DNA from: Escherichia coli
Lineage (GTDB): Bacteria > Pseudomonadota > Gammaproteobacteria > Enterobacterales > Enterobacteriaceae
Reading direction: 5' to 3' (one strand)
Length of the DNA: 64,000 nt
Assembly (NCBI RefSeq): GCF_003334335.1
Contig: NZ_QOWQ01000023.1
The notes under the pieces were generated by a model, which was not told where the DNA came from, ran no database searches, and saw only the letters and a program-made list of their open reading frames with translations. Shown piece after piece: positions 37,124 to 47,491 of this stretch. The position numbers and the translations under genes were made by a program. The first letter of the stretch is position 1. Every line of letters begins with the position of its first letter.

Positions 37124-39220
37124 TTAGCGGAAATTGACGCTACGGTCGCTGGTCATGTCATACAACTGGAACTTACGCCCAAGTTGCTGACCACCGTCAC
37201 GCGTCAGCGGCGTCCAGCCAATCGCCGCACGGCTGCGTGTCGGGCCAGACGAGAAGAGATCCAACGGTACCGAGACATACACGCCTTTGGTGAAGTCCCC
37301 TTCGCCGTACTCCTCTTTCGAAACATTAGTGATCGTGGCATAGCCACCCACCACCACGCCGCTATCAAAGCGTTTGGCGATCTCCAGCGTGCCGCCTTTA
37401 TCCCCTGCCAGATACTGCCCGACGCTGGCTTTAACTAACACATCCTGAGCGAAAGATGGCGTCCAGTAGGCGGTCAGATGTCCGGTTTTCACGCTGTAGT
37501 CGGTGAATTTCATCATATCTTTTGCACTACGCCAGTCGCGCTGTTTAACGTAGTTGGCATCCAGACCAAACGCCCAGTTGCTGTCCAGCGGGCGATACAA
37601 CACTTCTGCCCCCGCACCGCCAAACATGGTTTCGAGATAACCACCGTAGACCTGACCGTAGAAGCCGTTGCCCAGATGCTGGAAGTAGTTGGCTTGCAGG
37701 TTATTCACATAGACATCGTTCTGCACATACTCGCGCACATGGGTACGCACGCGCGGTAAGTGCGAGTCCTGCGGAGGATTAGTGTAGTTAAACTTGTCGT
37801 AGTTGTTGGCAAGATTTGCAAACAGGCTGCCGGTGGTCAGCAGATGGTCCGTCAGCCACAAATCTGCCGTTCCCATCACGCCCAGCTGATACATGTAAAA
37901 GTTTTCCGGGCCACCGACCGACTGGTTCAGCACCGGATCGATATGGAAATCAAAGCGTGATTTGTCGATATACCAGCCCTGCTCGGTGGACTGCGGAACC
38001 ACTGGCTCGACGCGTTTTTGCGCCAGCGTCGTTTCGTGGCCCAACGGCTCTCCGGCGAGATGATTTTTCAGGCTGGCGACATCGGTTTCCGTCGTCACCT
38101 GCGGCATGTTAAGGCGATTTTCCGTAATGCGGATCGTTTTGATCCCATCCGGCAGATCGTTCATCACGATCCGATTCGCACGGATGATCCCTTCGCGCGA
38201 ATCACGATATTTCACCTGCTCGCCGGTAACATACAGCGTATCGCCTTTCGCCTGGATCTGTGGATCGGCAAGTCCGGCATTGTATTTCAACAGCGTTAAC
38301 TGATTCGCCACCACCGAATGCTGCAAAATGGCATCCTGCGGCTGCGGTTGATATTGCGGGCGGGCGTTATCGTTGTAAGACGGGCGCAGATCGTTAAAGT
38401 TGGTGCGCAACGTAACGCCAAACATAAAGGTGTTGCCACGTTCATAGCTAAGGTTAACGTCGGCCCAATCGGTAACGCGATAAATCGCACCGACGTTAAA
38501 CTTACTTTTTTGCTCCAGCTTCCCGGCAAAATCCTGCTGATAATTATTGCCTTCATACTCCAGTTTCAGGCGCAGCGGTTGCCAGGGCGTCTGGTATTCC
38601 ACGCCGCCAAACAGTGAGGCAGGACCGTGGAACATCTGGCTACCGTCGATAGATCCCGCCTGTTTGTAGCTGTTATCGCGATAGCAATATTTATCACTGG
38701 CTGAACAGAGCGGATTTTTCACATTACCGCTGGTGCCCAAATATCCCCAGCCCAGGCCGAGCGTAAAATCGAACGGCCCCCAGGCTTTGCTGGCAACAAG
38801 ATATTCCGCATCAAACAGCCCCGTACCGCCGATATCCCGCGCACCAACCGCCACTTGCGGCAGCCAGTAACTCTCTTCCCACAAACGCAGTTTGAGATCG
38901 AAGGCTTTATCTTTATACGTTTGATCGCCAGAGAACGCTTCGACGCTGCTGTACTGCCGGGTGCGCACGTCGGTGTAGCGCAGCGTTGTTTCCAGCCACG
39001 GGAAGAGTTGCACTGAAGCTGAGTAATAACGGTACTGATCGTTATCGCGATAGTTCAGACTCAACTCCCCTTCCCGTGCCATACGCGCGGTGGGCGTTTG
39101 TAATAATCCTACGCCACCGAAATCCGACTGCGACGGACCAATGGGCGCAGGATATGTTTCGCCGTAGCAAGCTGTGCTAATGCCCAGCGCCAGTAAGCTA
39201 AGCAGATGTCTTTTTTTCAT
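37124..39220 (-). CDS. yjbH: YjbH, outer-membrane protein of the yjbEFGH exopolysaccharide operon (698 aa)
   Basis: [20 protein letters not shown] signal; beta-rich, ends in aromatic residue (...SVNFR); start overlaps yjbG stop (TAATG). Confidence 0.85.
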   Translation of the reverse strand: MKKRHLLSLLALGISTACYGETYPAPIGPSQSDFGGVGLLQTPTARMAREGELSLNYRDNDQYRYYSASVQLFPWLETTLRYTDVRTRQYSSVEAFSGDQTYKDKAFDLKLRLWEESYWLPQVAVGARDIGGTGLFDAEYLVASKAWGPFDFTLGLGWGYLGTSGNVKNPLCSASDKYCYRDNSYKQAGSIDGSQMFHGPASLFGGVEYQTPWQPLRLKLEYEGNNYQQDFAGKLEQKSKFNVGAIYRVTDWADVNLSYERGNTFMFGVTLRTNFNDLRPSYNDNARPQYQPQPQDAILQHSVVANQLTLLKYNAGLADPQIQAKGDTLYVTGEQVKYRDSREGIIRANRIVMNDLPDGIKTIRITENRLNMPQVTTETDVASLKNHLAGEPLGHETTLAQKRVEPVVPQSTEQGWYIDKSRFDFHIDPVLNQSVGGPENFYMYQLGVMGTADLWLTDHLLTTGSLFANLANNYDKFNYTNPPQDSHLPRVRTHVREYVQNDVYVNNLQANYFQHLGNGFYGQVYGGYLETMFGGAGAEVLYRPLDSNWAFGLDANYVKQRDWRSAKDMMKFTDYSVKTGHLTAYWTPSFAQDVLVKASVGQYLAGDKGGTLEIAKRFDSGVVVGGYATITNVSKEEYGEGDFTKGVYVSVPLDLFSSGPTRSRAAIGWTPLTRDGGQQLGRKFQLYDMTSDRSVNFR

Positions 39221-39957
39221 TATTGAGGTATCCGCTGCGTCAGAGTCTGAAGAATGTCGGCGTTAAGGGCATCAGGCGTCTCACTCCAGACGGAGTCCGC
39301 GAGGCCAACATAAATAATGCTGCCGGGCATCGGCTCTACGTGACGCTTGTTCCAGTAAGCCACCGGCGCTTTTTGCGTGCGTCCGTCCGGGTAAACCACC
39401 CACGCGTAGCTGCGATCCGCACCGCTGAGCAGGCTCTGGTCAGAGAGATAGCTCGCCACGTCGCGACCTGGAGTGAATGGCTGCTTGCCAGGACGGCTGA
39501 TAAGCCCGAACAACGTGACCGTGGACGGCGGTGGTCCGACCCACAGCGTGTAGTTGCCCTGCAACGGCGGGTTACCGCGTTCGGCAACGCGGACGATATC
39601 GGGATCAAGATTGATTTTTTGCCTGCCCGTCACTTTCAACGCCTGAATTTGCTGGCGTAAGGCGTTAATCGCAGCGGCATCGTCGGCGCTGGAATCTGCG
39701 CCCTGTTCTGCCAGCCGTGTCAGCAACGCCTGCTGCTGACGCAATGCTGCCGCCGTTGCCAGCTCTTCGCTAATCACCGCACCGGGCCACCAGCTGTTTG
39801 CCAGCCGCGGTTGGCCTACCAGATCGATTAAATGCTCTGCGCCCGTTAGCGTTTTGGCCTCACTGCTGCCATTGCTGAACACCTTGACGGTTCCTGCCGC
39901 GAAGACCGATGACGCTCCCACACTCAAAAGCAACGCGACAATAGTTTGTTTAATCAT
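39220..39957 (-). CDS. yjbG: YjbG periplasmic protein (245 aa)
   Basis: [20 protein letters not shown] signal; ATG at rc(39955..39957) overlapping yjbF stop. Confidence 0.8.
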   Translation of the reverse strand: MIKQTIVALLLSVGASSVFAAGTVKVFSNGSSEAKTLTGAEHLIDLVGQPRLANSWWPGAVISEELATAAALRQQQALLTRLAEQGADSSADDAAAINALRQQIQALKVTGRQKINLDPDIVRVAERGNPPLQGNYTLWVGPPPSTVTLFGLISRPGKQPFTPGRDVASYLSDQSLLSGADRSYAWVVYPDGRTQKAPVAYWNKRHVEPMPGSIIYVGLADSVWSETPDALNADILQTLTQRIPQ

Positions 39958-40592
39958 TGTTTTGCCGCCTTGATGAGAGTGGTTTTCACCGGAAAATAAT
40001 CCGCGCCGAGATACTGTTCCGACTGGCGAATTTGCCCTTCGCTGTCGATCCAATAGCGGTTATGCCAGCGCGCCTGGTCGGTGGAGACTTCTTCGTCCAG
40101 CACGCGAACCGGGGTTTCATCGCTGCCGACTTTGACGGTATCGGTGCCATCCCATTTGAAGACTGAGCGTGCGGTGGCGTAGCGTACCTGCTGGTACTCG
40201 GTCCAGCCCATCGTGCGCGTCCAGCTTGCGCCATCAACGATTTGTGCGGGTTTAATCAGCGGGTCGGCAGCAAGGTTATTCACTTCAATCAGGTTGTCGC
40301 CGCCGAGCAGAGTCTTCACCAGACGGCCATGTTGGGTAACGAGAGTAGCCTGATCCTGAGTGACCCATTTTTGTTGTCCGTCTTCAGCGAAGGCCAGCAC
40401 CACAAATAACTGCGGCCCGCCATTAAGCTGCATGTACTGGCTGGCGTAGGGCATATTTTGAATATCATCATCCGTCAGCTGTACGCCTGGCGTGCCGAAC
40501 AGACTGTCCCACAGTGAATTGCCCAGCTCTTTAGTCGTGGCTGAACAGGCCTGTAATAACAGGCAGATAAGAATGAGTGCAGGTCGCTTCAC
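39954..40592 (-). CDS. yjbF: YjbF lipoprotein (about 212 aa)
   Basis: GTG start at rc(40590..40592); lipobox LLLQAC. Confidence 0.8.
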   Translation of the reverse strand: MKRPALILICLLLQACSATTKELGNSLWDSLFGTPGVQLTDDDIQNMPYASQYMQLNGGPQLFVVLAFAEDGQQKWVTQDQATLVTQHGRLVKTLLGGDNLIEVNNLAADPLIKPAQIVDGASWTRTMGWTEYQQVRYATARSVFKWDGTDTVKVGSDETPVRVLDEEVSTDQARWHNRYWIDSEGQIRQSEQYLGADYFPVKTTLIKAAKQ

Positions 40593-40705
40593 GACTCTTC
40601 TCCAGAGGGGCAGAATAACCACACCGGAGTGTGGTTATGGTTAATCCCTTCATACTTCTAGCCACAGATGCAATGACTCGAATTATTTTGGGGATACATA
40701 CTTTA

Positions 40706-40948
40706 TTACTGGGTACTGGTGGTCGTGGTTGTGGTGGTCCCGGTATTAGAACCATCACCGCCACCGGTTGCCGCAAGCGCGACACCCACCGCCGAGCTTA
40801 CGGTGCTGACGCTGGTCGCGGAGGAACTCCCCGCCGAAACCGACGTTGCTGCCGACCCTGCCGCTTCGCCCACCTGTACAGGTGCAGCCCACGCAGAAGT
40901 CGCCGCAAGCGCAGATATGGCAAAAATGCCATACAGAACTTTTTTCAT
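40706..40948 (-). CDS. yjbE: YjbE, small secreted Ala/Ser/Thr-rich protein (80 aa)
   Basis: [21 protein letters not shown] signal, then low-complexity A/S/G/T sequence ending in a TTTTTTT run. Confidence 0.75.
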
Positions 40949-41255
40949 AACAATTTCCCTTCATTGAATGAATGGAGATTTACCCAAAAACATTTCGGGC
41001 GGGATCGAGTATACACAACTAAAGCATGCGAATTACGGCGCGGGGAATTAGCGATGGCGTTTTAGGATAATTGGAATGAATATCAAATATAAGTTTCAAC
41101 TTATATTTAAATAACAATAAAAATCATAAACTTAAAATAAAAACAAAAGCAATTAATCTGCGTATTTTCCGAAATAAACAACGATTAAAAATCTATTTTA
41201 GGATTAACCTCATGGTATGATTTCCGTTAAATCACAGACAAGGGGATTTATCTGA

Positions 41256-41283
41256 TAAAAAAATGCCGACATAACGTCGGCAT
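41256..41283 (-). terminator. intrinsic terminator distal to pgi (after the 3'-UTR REPs)
   Basis: ATGCCGAC-ATAAC-GTCGGCAT stem followed on minus strand by TTTTTTT. Confidence 0.7.
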
Positions 41284-41356
41284 TGTTATTAAGGTTATTT
41301 AATCAATCGTGCTATGTATTAATTGCCGAATACGATGTACATATCGGCATCGACCT

Positions 41357-41433
41357 GTAGGCCTGATAAGACGCGACCGCGTCGCATCAGGCATCGGTTG
41401 CCGGATGCGGCGTGAACGCCTTATCCGGCCTAC
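41357..41433. repeat. REP pair (BIME) immediately 3' of pgi
   Basis: GTAGGCCTGATAAGACGCGACCGCGTCGCATCAGGC and GCCGGATGCGGCGTGAACGCCTTATCCGGCCTAC. Confidence 0.9.
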
Positions 41434-41446
41434 ATATCGACGATGA

Positions 41447-43096
41447 TTAACCGCGCCACGCTTTATAGCGGTTAATCAGACCATTGGTCGAGCTATCGTG
41501 GCTGCTGATTTCTTTATCATCTTTCAGCTCTGGCAGAATACGGTTCGCCAGCTGTTTACCCAGTTCCACGCCCCACTGGTCGAAGGTGAAGATGTTCAGG
41601 ATCACGCCCTGAGTAAAGATTTTGTGCTCATACAGCGCAATCAACGCACCCAGGCTGAACGGAGTGATTTCACGCAGCAGGATGGAGTTGGTCGGGCGGT
41701 TACCTTCGAATACTTTGAACGGCACCACGTAGTCAAGCGTTGCCGGATCTTTACCCTGATCACGATATTCCTGCTCAACCACTTCGCGGGATTTACCAAA
41801 CGCCAGCGCTTCGGTCTGGGCGAAGAAGTTAGACAGCAGTTTCTGGTGATGATCAGAGAGCGGGTTATGGGTGATAGCCGGAGCGATGAAATCGCACGGT
41901 ACCATTTTGGTTCCCTGGTGGATCAGCTGGTAGAACGCGTGCTGACCGTTAGTGCCTGGTTCACCCCAGATAATCGGGCCAGTCTGGTAATCCACAACGT
42001 TACCGTTACGGTCAACATACTTACCGTTGGACTCCATATTGCCCTGCTGGAAGTACGCCGCGAAACGGTGCATATACTGGTCATACGGCAGAATCGCTTC
42101 AGTTTCCGCACCAAAGAAATTGTTGTACCAGATGCCAATCAGCGCCAGCAGTACAGGCAGGTTTTTCTCGGCAGGCGTGGTGGAGAAATGCTTGTCCATC
42201 GCGTGTGCGCCGGAAAGCAGTTCAACGAAGTTATCAAAGCCGATGGAGAGAACAATCGACAGGCCAATCGCTGACCACAAAGAGTAACGGCCGCCAACCC
42301 AGTCCCAGAACTCGAACATGTTGGCAGTATCAATACCAAACTCGCCAACGGCTTTGGCATTGGTGGAAAGCGCCGCAAAGTGTTTTGCAACGTGTTTTTC
42401 ATCACCTGCCGCTTTCAGGAACCAGTCACGCGCGCTATGGGCGTTGGTCATAGTTTCCTGAGTGGTGAAGGTTTTAGATGCTACCAGGAACAGCGTGGTT
42501 TCCGGGTTTACTTTTTTCAGCACTTCCGCGATGTGAGTCCCATCGACGTTAGAAACAAAGTGCATGTTCAGGTGGTTTTTGTACGGACGCAGAGCTTCGG
42601 TCACCATGTATGGGCCGAGGTCAGAACCGCCGATCCCGATGTTCACTACGTCAGTGATTGCTTTGCCGGTATAACCTTTCCACTCACCGGAAATAATCGC
42701 TTCTGAGAAGGTTTTCATCTTCTCCAGCACCGCGTTGACTTCCGGCATTACGTCTTTGCCATCAACCAAAATCGGGGTATTGCTACGGTTACGCAGCGCT
42801 ACGTGCAGCACGGCGCGGTTTTCAGTGCGGTTGATCTTCTCGCCAGAGAACATCGACTTAATCGCGCCCGCCAGATCGCACTCTTTCGCCAGATCCTGTA
42901 ATTTCGCCAGCGTCTCTTCAGTGATGCGGTTTTTGGAGTAATCCACCAGCATCTGATCGTCGAAGGTTGCGGAGAACTTAGAAAAACGATCGCCGTCTTT
43001 AGCAAAAAGATCGGCGATCGTAACGTCTTTCATTTCATCGAAGTGTTTCTGTAGTGCCTGCCAGGCAGCGGTCTGCGTTGGATTGATGTTTTTCAT
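41447..43096 (-). CDS. pgi: glucose-6-phosphate isomerase Pgi (549 aa)
   Basis: [42 protein letters not shown]...; ATG at rc(43094..43096). Confidence 0.97.
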
Positions 43097-43279
43097 TAGC
43101 AATACTCTTCTGATTTTGAGAATTGTGACTTTGGAAGATTGTAGCGCCAGTCACAGAAAAATGTGATGGTTTTAGTGCCGTTAGCGTAATGTTGAGTGTA
43201 AACCCTTAGCGCAGTGAAGCATTTATTAGCTGAACTACTGACCGCCAGGAGTGGATGAAAAATCCGCATGACCCCATCG

Positions 43280-43314
43280 TTGACAACCGCCCCGCTCACC
43301 CTTTATTTATAAAT
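43280..43314 (+). promoter_or_regulatory. candidate sigma70 promoter of lysC
   Basis: TTGACA at 43280..43285 and TATAAAT-like element near 43308..43314; spacing not ideal. Confidence 0.45.
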
Positions 43315-43339
43315 GTACTACCTGCGCTAGCGCAGGCCA

Positions 43340-43620
43340 GAAGAGGCGCGTTGCCCAAGTAACGGTGTTGGAGGAGCCAGTCCTGTGATAACACCTGAGG
43401 GGGTGCATCGCCGAGGTGATTGAACGGCTGGCCACGTTCATCATCGGCTACAGGGGCTGAATCCCCTGGGTTGTCACCAGAAGCGTTCGCAGTCGGGCGT
43501 TTCGCAAGTGGTGGAGCACTTCTGGGTGAAAATAGTAGCGAAGTATCGCTCTGCGCCCACCCGTCTTCCGCTCTTCCCTTGTGCCAAGGCTGAAAATGGA
43601 TCCCCTGACACGAGGTAGTT
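43340..43620 (+). promoter_or_regulatory. lysine riboswitch (L-box) and expression platform in the lysC 5' leader
   Basis: Long structured leader with conserved AGAGGCGC...GGAGGAGCCAG...GAGGGGG...GGTGGAGCAC elements ending at the lysC RBS. Confidence 0.85.
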
Positions 43621-44970
43621 ATGTCTGAAATTGTTGTCTCCAAATTTGGCGGTACCAGCGTAGCTGATTTTGACGCCATGAACCGCAGCGCTGATATTGT
43701 GCTTTCTGATGCCAACGTGCGTTTAGTTGTCCTCTCGGCTTCTGCTGGTATCACTAATCTGCTGGTCGCTTTAGCTGAAGGACTGGAACCTGGCGAGCGA
43801 TTCGAAAAACTCGACGCTATCCGCAACATCCAGTTTGCCATTCTGGAACGTCTGCGTTACCCGAACGTTATCCGTGAAGAGATTGAACGTCTGCTGGAGA
43901 ACATTACTGTTCTGGCAGAAGCGGCGGCGCTGGCAACGTCTCCGGCGCTGACAGATGAGCTGGTCAGCCACGGCGAGCTGATGTCGACCCTGCTGTTTGT
44001 TGAGATCCTGCGCGAACGCGATGTTCAGGCACAGTGGTTTGATGTACGTAAAGTGATGCGTACCAACGACCGATTTGGTCGTGCAGAGCCAGATATAGCC
44101 GCGCTGGCGGAACTGGCCGCGCTGCAGCTGCTCCCACGTCTCAATGAAGGCTTAGTGATCACCCAGGGATTTATCGGTAGCGAAAATAAAGGTCGTACAA
44201 CGACGCTTGGCCGTGGAGGCAGCGATTATACGGCAGCCTTGCTGGCGGAGGCTTTACACGCATCTCGTGTTGATATCTGGACCGACGTCCCGGGCATCTA
44301 CACCACCGATCCACGCGTAGTTTCCGCAGCAAAACGCATTGATGAAATCGCGTTTGCCGAAGCGGCAGAGATGGCAACTTTTGGTGCAAAAGTACTGCAT
44401 CCGGCAACGTTGCTACCCGCAGTACGCAGCGATATCCCGGTCTTTGTCGGCTCCAGCAAAGACCCACGCGCAGGTGGTACGCTGGTGTGCAATAAAACTG
44501 AAAATCCGCCGCTGTTCCGCGCTCTGGCGCTTCGTCGCAATCAGACTCTGCTCACTTTGCACAGCCTGAATATGCTGCATTCTCGCGGTTTCCTCGCGGA
44601 AGTTTTCGGCATCCTCGCGCGGCATAATATTTCGGTAGACTTAATCACCACGTCAGAAGTGAGCGTGGCATTAACCCTTGATACCACCGGTTCAACCTCC
44701 ACTGGCGATACGTTGCTGACGCAATCTCTGCTGATGGAGCTTTCCGCACTGTGTCGGGTGGAGGTGGAAGAAGGTCTGGCGCTGGTCGCGTTGATTGGCA
44801 ATGACCTGTCAAAAGCCTGCGGCGTTGGCAAAGAGGTATTCGGCGTACTGGAACCGTTCAACATTCGCATGATTTGTTATGGCGCATCCAGCCATAACCT
44901 GTGCTTCCTGGTGCCCGGCGAAGATGCCGAGCAGGTGGTGCAAAAACTGCATAGTAATTTGTTTGAGTAA
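43621..44970 (+). CDS. lysC: lysine-sensitive aspartokinase III LysC (449 aa)
   Basis: MSEIVVSKFGGTSVADFDAMNRSADIVLSDANVRLVVLSASAGITNLLVALAEG... Confidence 0.97.
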   Translation: MSEIVVSKFGGTSVADFDAMNRSADIVLSDANVRLVVLSASAGITNLLVALAEGLEPGERFEKLDAIRNIQFAILERLRYPNVIREEIERLLENITVLAEAAALATSPALTDELVSHGELMSTLLFVEILRERDVQAQWFDVRKVMRTNDRFGRAEPDIAALAELAALQLLPRLNEGLVITQGFIGSENKGRTTTLGRGGSDYTAALLAEALHASRVDIWTDVPGIYTTDPRVVSAAKRIDEIAFAEAAEMATFGAKVLHPATLLPAVRSDIPVFVGSSKDPRAGGTLVCNKTENPPLFRALALRRNQTLLTLHSLNMLHSRGFLAEVFGILARHNISVDLITTSEVSVALTLDTTGSTSTGDTLLTQSLLMELSALCRVEVEEGLALVALIGNDLSKACGVGKEVFGVLEPFNIRMICYGASSHNLCFLVPGEDAEQVVQKLHSNLFE

Positions 44971-45222
44971 ATACTGTATGGCCTGGAAGCTATATTTCGG
45001 GCCGTATTGATTTTCTTGTCACTATGCTCATCAATAAACGAGCCTGTACTCTGTTAACCAGCGTCTTTATCGGAGAATAATTGCCTTTAATTTTTTTATC
45101 TGCATCTCTAATTAATTATCGAAAGAGATAAATAGTTAAGAGAAGGCAAAATGAATATTATCAGTTCTGCTCGCAAACGAATTCCCGTACACTGAACTCT
45201 CTGGCTCACTGAGGGCACCATC

Positions 45223-45495
45223 ATGGCACTCCCCCGTATTACCCAAAAAGAGATGACTGAACGCGAGCAGCGTGAACTTAAAACACTGCTGGATCGGGCG
45301 CGGATTGCGCATGGTCGCGTATTGACCAACTCCGAAACCAACAGCATTAAGAAAGATTACATCGATAAATTAATGGTTGAGCGTGAGGCTGAAGCGAAAA
45401 AAGCCCGCCAGTTGAAGAAAAAGCAGGCTTATAAACCGGATCCTGAAGCGTCATTTAGCTGGTCAGCAAATACGTCGACGCGCGGCAGGCGCTAA
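45223..45495 (+). CDS. yjbD: YjbD (DUF3811-type) protein, 90 aa
   Basis: ORF MALPRITQKEMTEREQRELKTLLDRARIAHGRVLTNSETN... Confidence 0.8.
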   Translation: MALPRITQKEMTEREQRELKTLLDRARIAHGRVLTNSETNSIKKDYIDKLMVEREAEAKKARQLKKKQAYKPDPEASFSWSANTSTRGRR

Positions 45496-45543
45496 TCCAC
45501 AATCAACGCCTGAGATTTTCACTCGTCAGTGTGAACACAATTT

Positions 45544-45582
45544 TCCCCTCACCCTAACCCTTTTCCCGAAGGGGCGAGGGGA
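45544..45582. repeat. GC-rich imperfect palindrome between yjbD and rluF
   Basis: TCCCCTCACCC ... GGGGCGAGGGGA, 10 of 11 bp complementary with a 16-nt loop; no adjacent U-tract. Confidence 0.5.
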
Positions 45583-45627
45583 CTGTCCGGGCACTTTTGG
45601 GCCGTTTTCATCAGTCTGAGGCGTTAA

Positions 45628-46500
45628 TCAGCGCCCCTTCTTTTTACGCCCCGGCGAGGTAAAACGCTTACCGTTGGACGCCGGGCGACCGCCTTTTTCC
45701 GCCGTTTTTTCCATCTTAACGACTGGACGTTTGATGCCCGCTGTTTTCGGTTTGGCCTTCGCTTTAGGTTTTACCTCGGAAGAGGAATTTTCAATGAGCT
45801 TAAAGAGGTCGATTAACTCATCGTCGGTTAAATCGCGCCATTCCCCCAGCGGAATGCCGCTTAAGCTAACGTTCATGATGCGCGTGCGTTCCAGCTTTTT
45901 CACTTCATAGCCGAAATGCTCGCACATGCGCCGGATCTGACGGTTCAGCCCCTGCACCAGGGTAATGCGGAAGACAAACGGCGCTTCTTTTTTAACTTTG
46001 CACTTTTTGGTCACTGTCCCGAGGATTGGCACCCCCGCACTCATGCCGCGAATAAACTCCTCGGTAATCGGTTTATCGACCGTCACCAGATACTCTTTCT
46101 CATGATCATTGCCAGCACGCAGGATCTTATTCACCAGATCGCCGTGATTGGTGAGGAAAATCAGCCCCTGGGAGTCTTTATCCAGGCGGCCAATCGGGAA
46201 CACGCGTTTGCTGTGGTTAACGAAATCGACAATGTTATCGCGCTCGCCATCTTCGGTGGTGCTTACAATACCAACGGGCTTGTTCAGGGCGATAAGTACC
46301 AAATCTTCGGCTTCCCGAGGTTCAATCAACTGACCGTTTACTTTCACAACGTCGCCGGGTTTCACCTGATCGCCAATGGTGGCTCGCTTGCCATTAAGGA
46401 ACACATTGCCTTGCTCGATATAGCGATCCGCTTCGCGGCGTGAGCAAATTCCGCTTTCGCTGATGTATTTATTTAAACGGACTGATGAGTCGGGCAGCAT
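45628..46500 (-). CDS. rluF: 23S rRNA pseudouridine synthase RluF (290 aa)
   Basis: S4 domain ([29 protein letters not shown]) plus RsuA-family catalytic motif [12 protein letters not shown]; basic C-terminal tail. Confidence 0.93.
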
Positions 46501-46711
46501 AAATTCTCCTGTAAAAAACGGAATATACCGTACCTTTGGGTTGATAAAAAATAGTCATGAGCGAACTATTTGTTATTTCCATTGGCTTGAATTCGTTACC
46601 TGCTCAAATCACTTTCCAGAAGCAATGTGCGACATCGTGAGCCATGTCAGTAAGTGGTTAAATTCGCAGTGGTAGCATGCCTCCCGTGATTTCTTACTAA
46701 CCGGAGAAGTA

Positions 46712-47401
46712 ATGGAACTGCTTTTATTGAGTAACTCGACGCTGCCGGGTAAAGCCTGGCTGGAACATGCACTGCCGCTAATTGCTGAACAGTTGCAGGG
46801 TCGCCGCTCAGCGGTGTTTATCCCTTTCGCTGGCGTAACGCAGACCTGGGATGATTACACAGCGAAAACGGCTGCGGTTCTCGCTCCGCTGGGTGTTTCT
46901 GTCACCGGTATTCATAGCGTTGTCGATCCCGTTGCCGCGATTGAAAATGCTGAGATCGTGATTGTCGGCGGCGGGAATACTTTCCAGTTGCTGAAACAGT
47001 GCCGCGAGCGCGGGCTGCTGGCACCAATTACTGACGTGGTTAAACGTGGCGCTCTGTATATTGGCTGGAGCGCAGGCGCTAACCTTGCTTGCCCAACTAT
47101 TCGTACCACCAACGATATGCCGATTGTCGATCCGCAAGGTTTCGATGCGCTAAATCTGTTCCCGCTGCAAATCAACCCGCACTTCACCAACGCGCTGCCG
47201 GAAGGCCATAAAGGTGAAACCCGTGAGCAGCGTATTCGCGAACTGCTGGTCGTCGCGCCAGAACTGACGATTATTGGTCTACCGGAAGGTAACTGGATCA
47301 CAGTGAGTAAAGGTCACGCTACGCTGGGTGGCCCGAACACCACTTATGTGTTTAAGGCTGGTGAAGAAGCGGTTCCGCTGGAAGCTGGTCACCGTTTTTA
47401 A
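46712..47401 (+). CDS. pepE: alpha-aspartyl dipeptidase PepE (229 aa)
   Basis: [30 protein letters not shown]...[11 protein letters not shown]. Confidence 0.93.
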
Positions 47402-47408
47402 GTGAATT

Positions 47409-47478
47409 GCCGGATGCATGATCCGGCATCTTGTTCATAGTGCCTGATGCGACGCTTGACGCGTCTTATCAGGCCTAC
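47409..47478. repeat. REP-type palindromes between convergent pepE and yjbB
   Basis: GCCGGATGCATGATCCGGC and GCCTGATGCGACGCTTGACGCGTCTTATCAGGCCTAC. Confidence 0.85.
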
Positions 47479-47491
47479 AGGATTCACAATA

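Noticed and set aside
40631-41065. 144-aa Arg/Gly-rich ORF on the plus strand
   Set aside because: It is the antisense reading of the low-complexity yjbE gene and its upstream region, an artefact of the Ala/Thr/Ser codon repeats.
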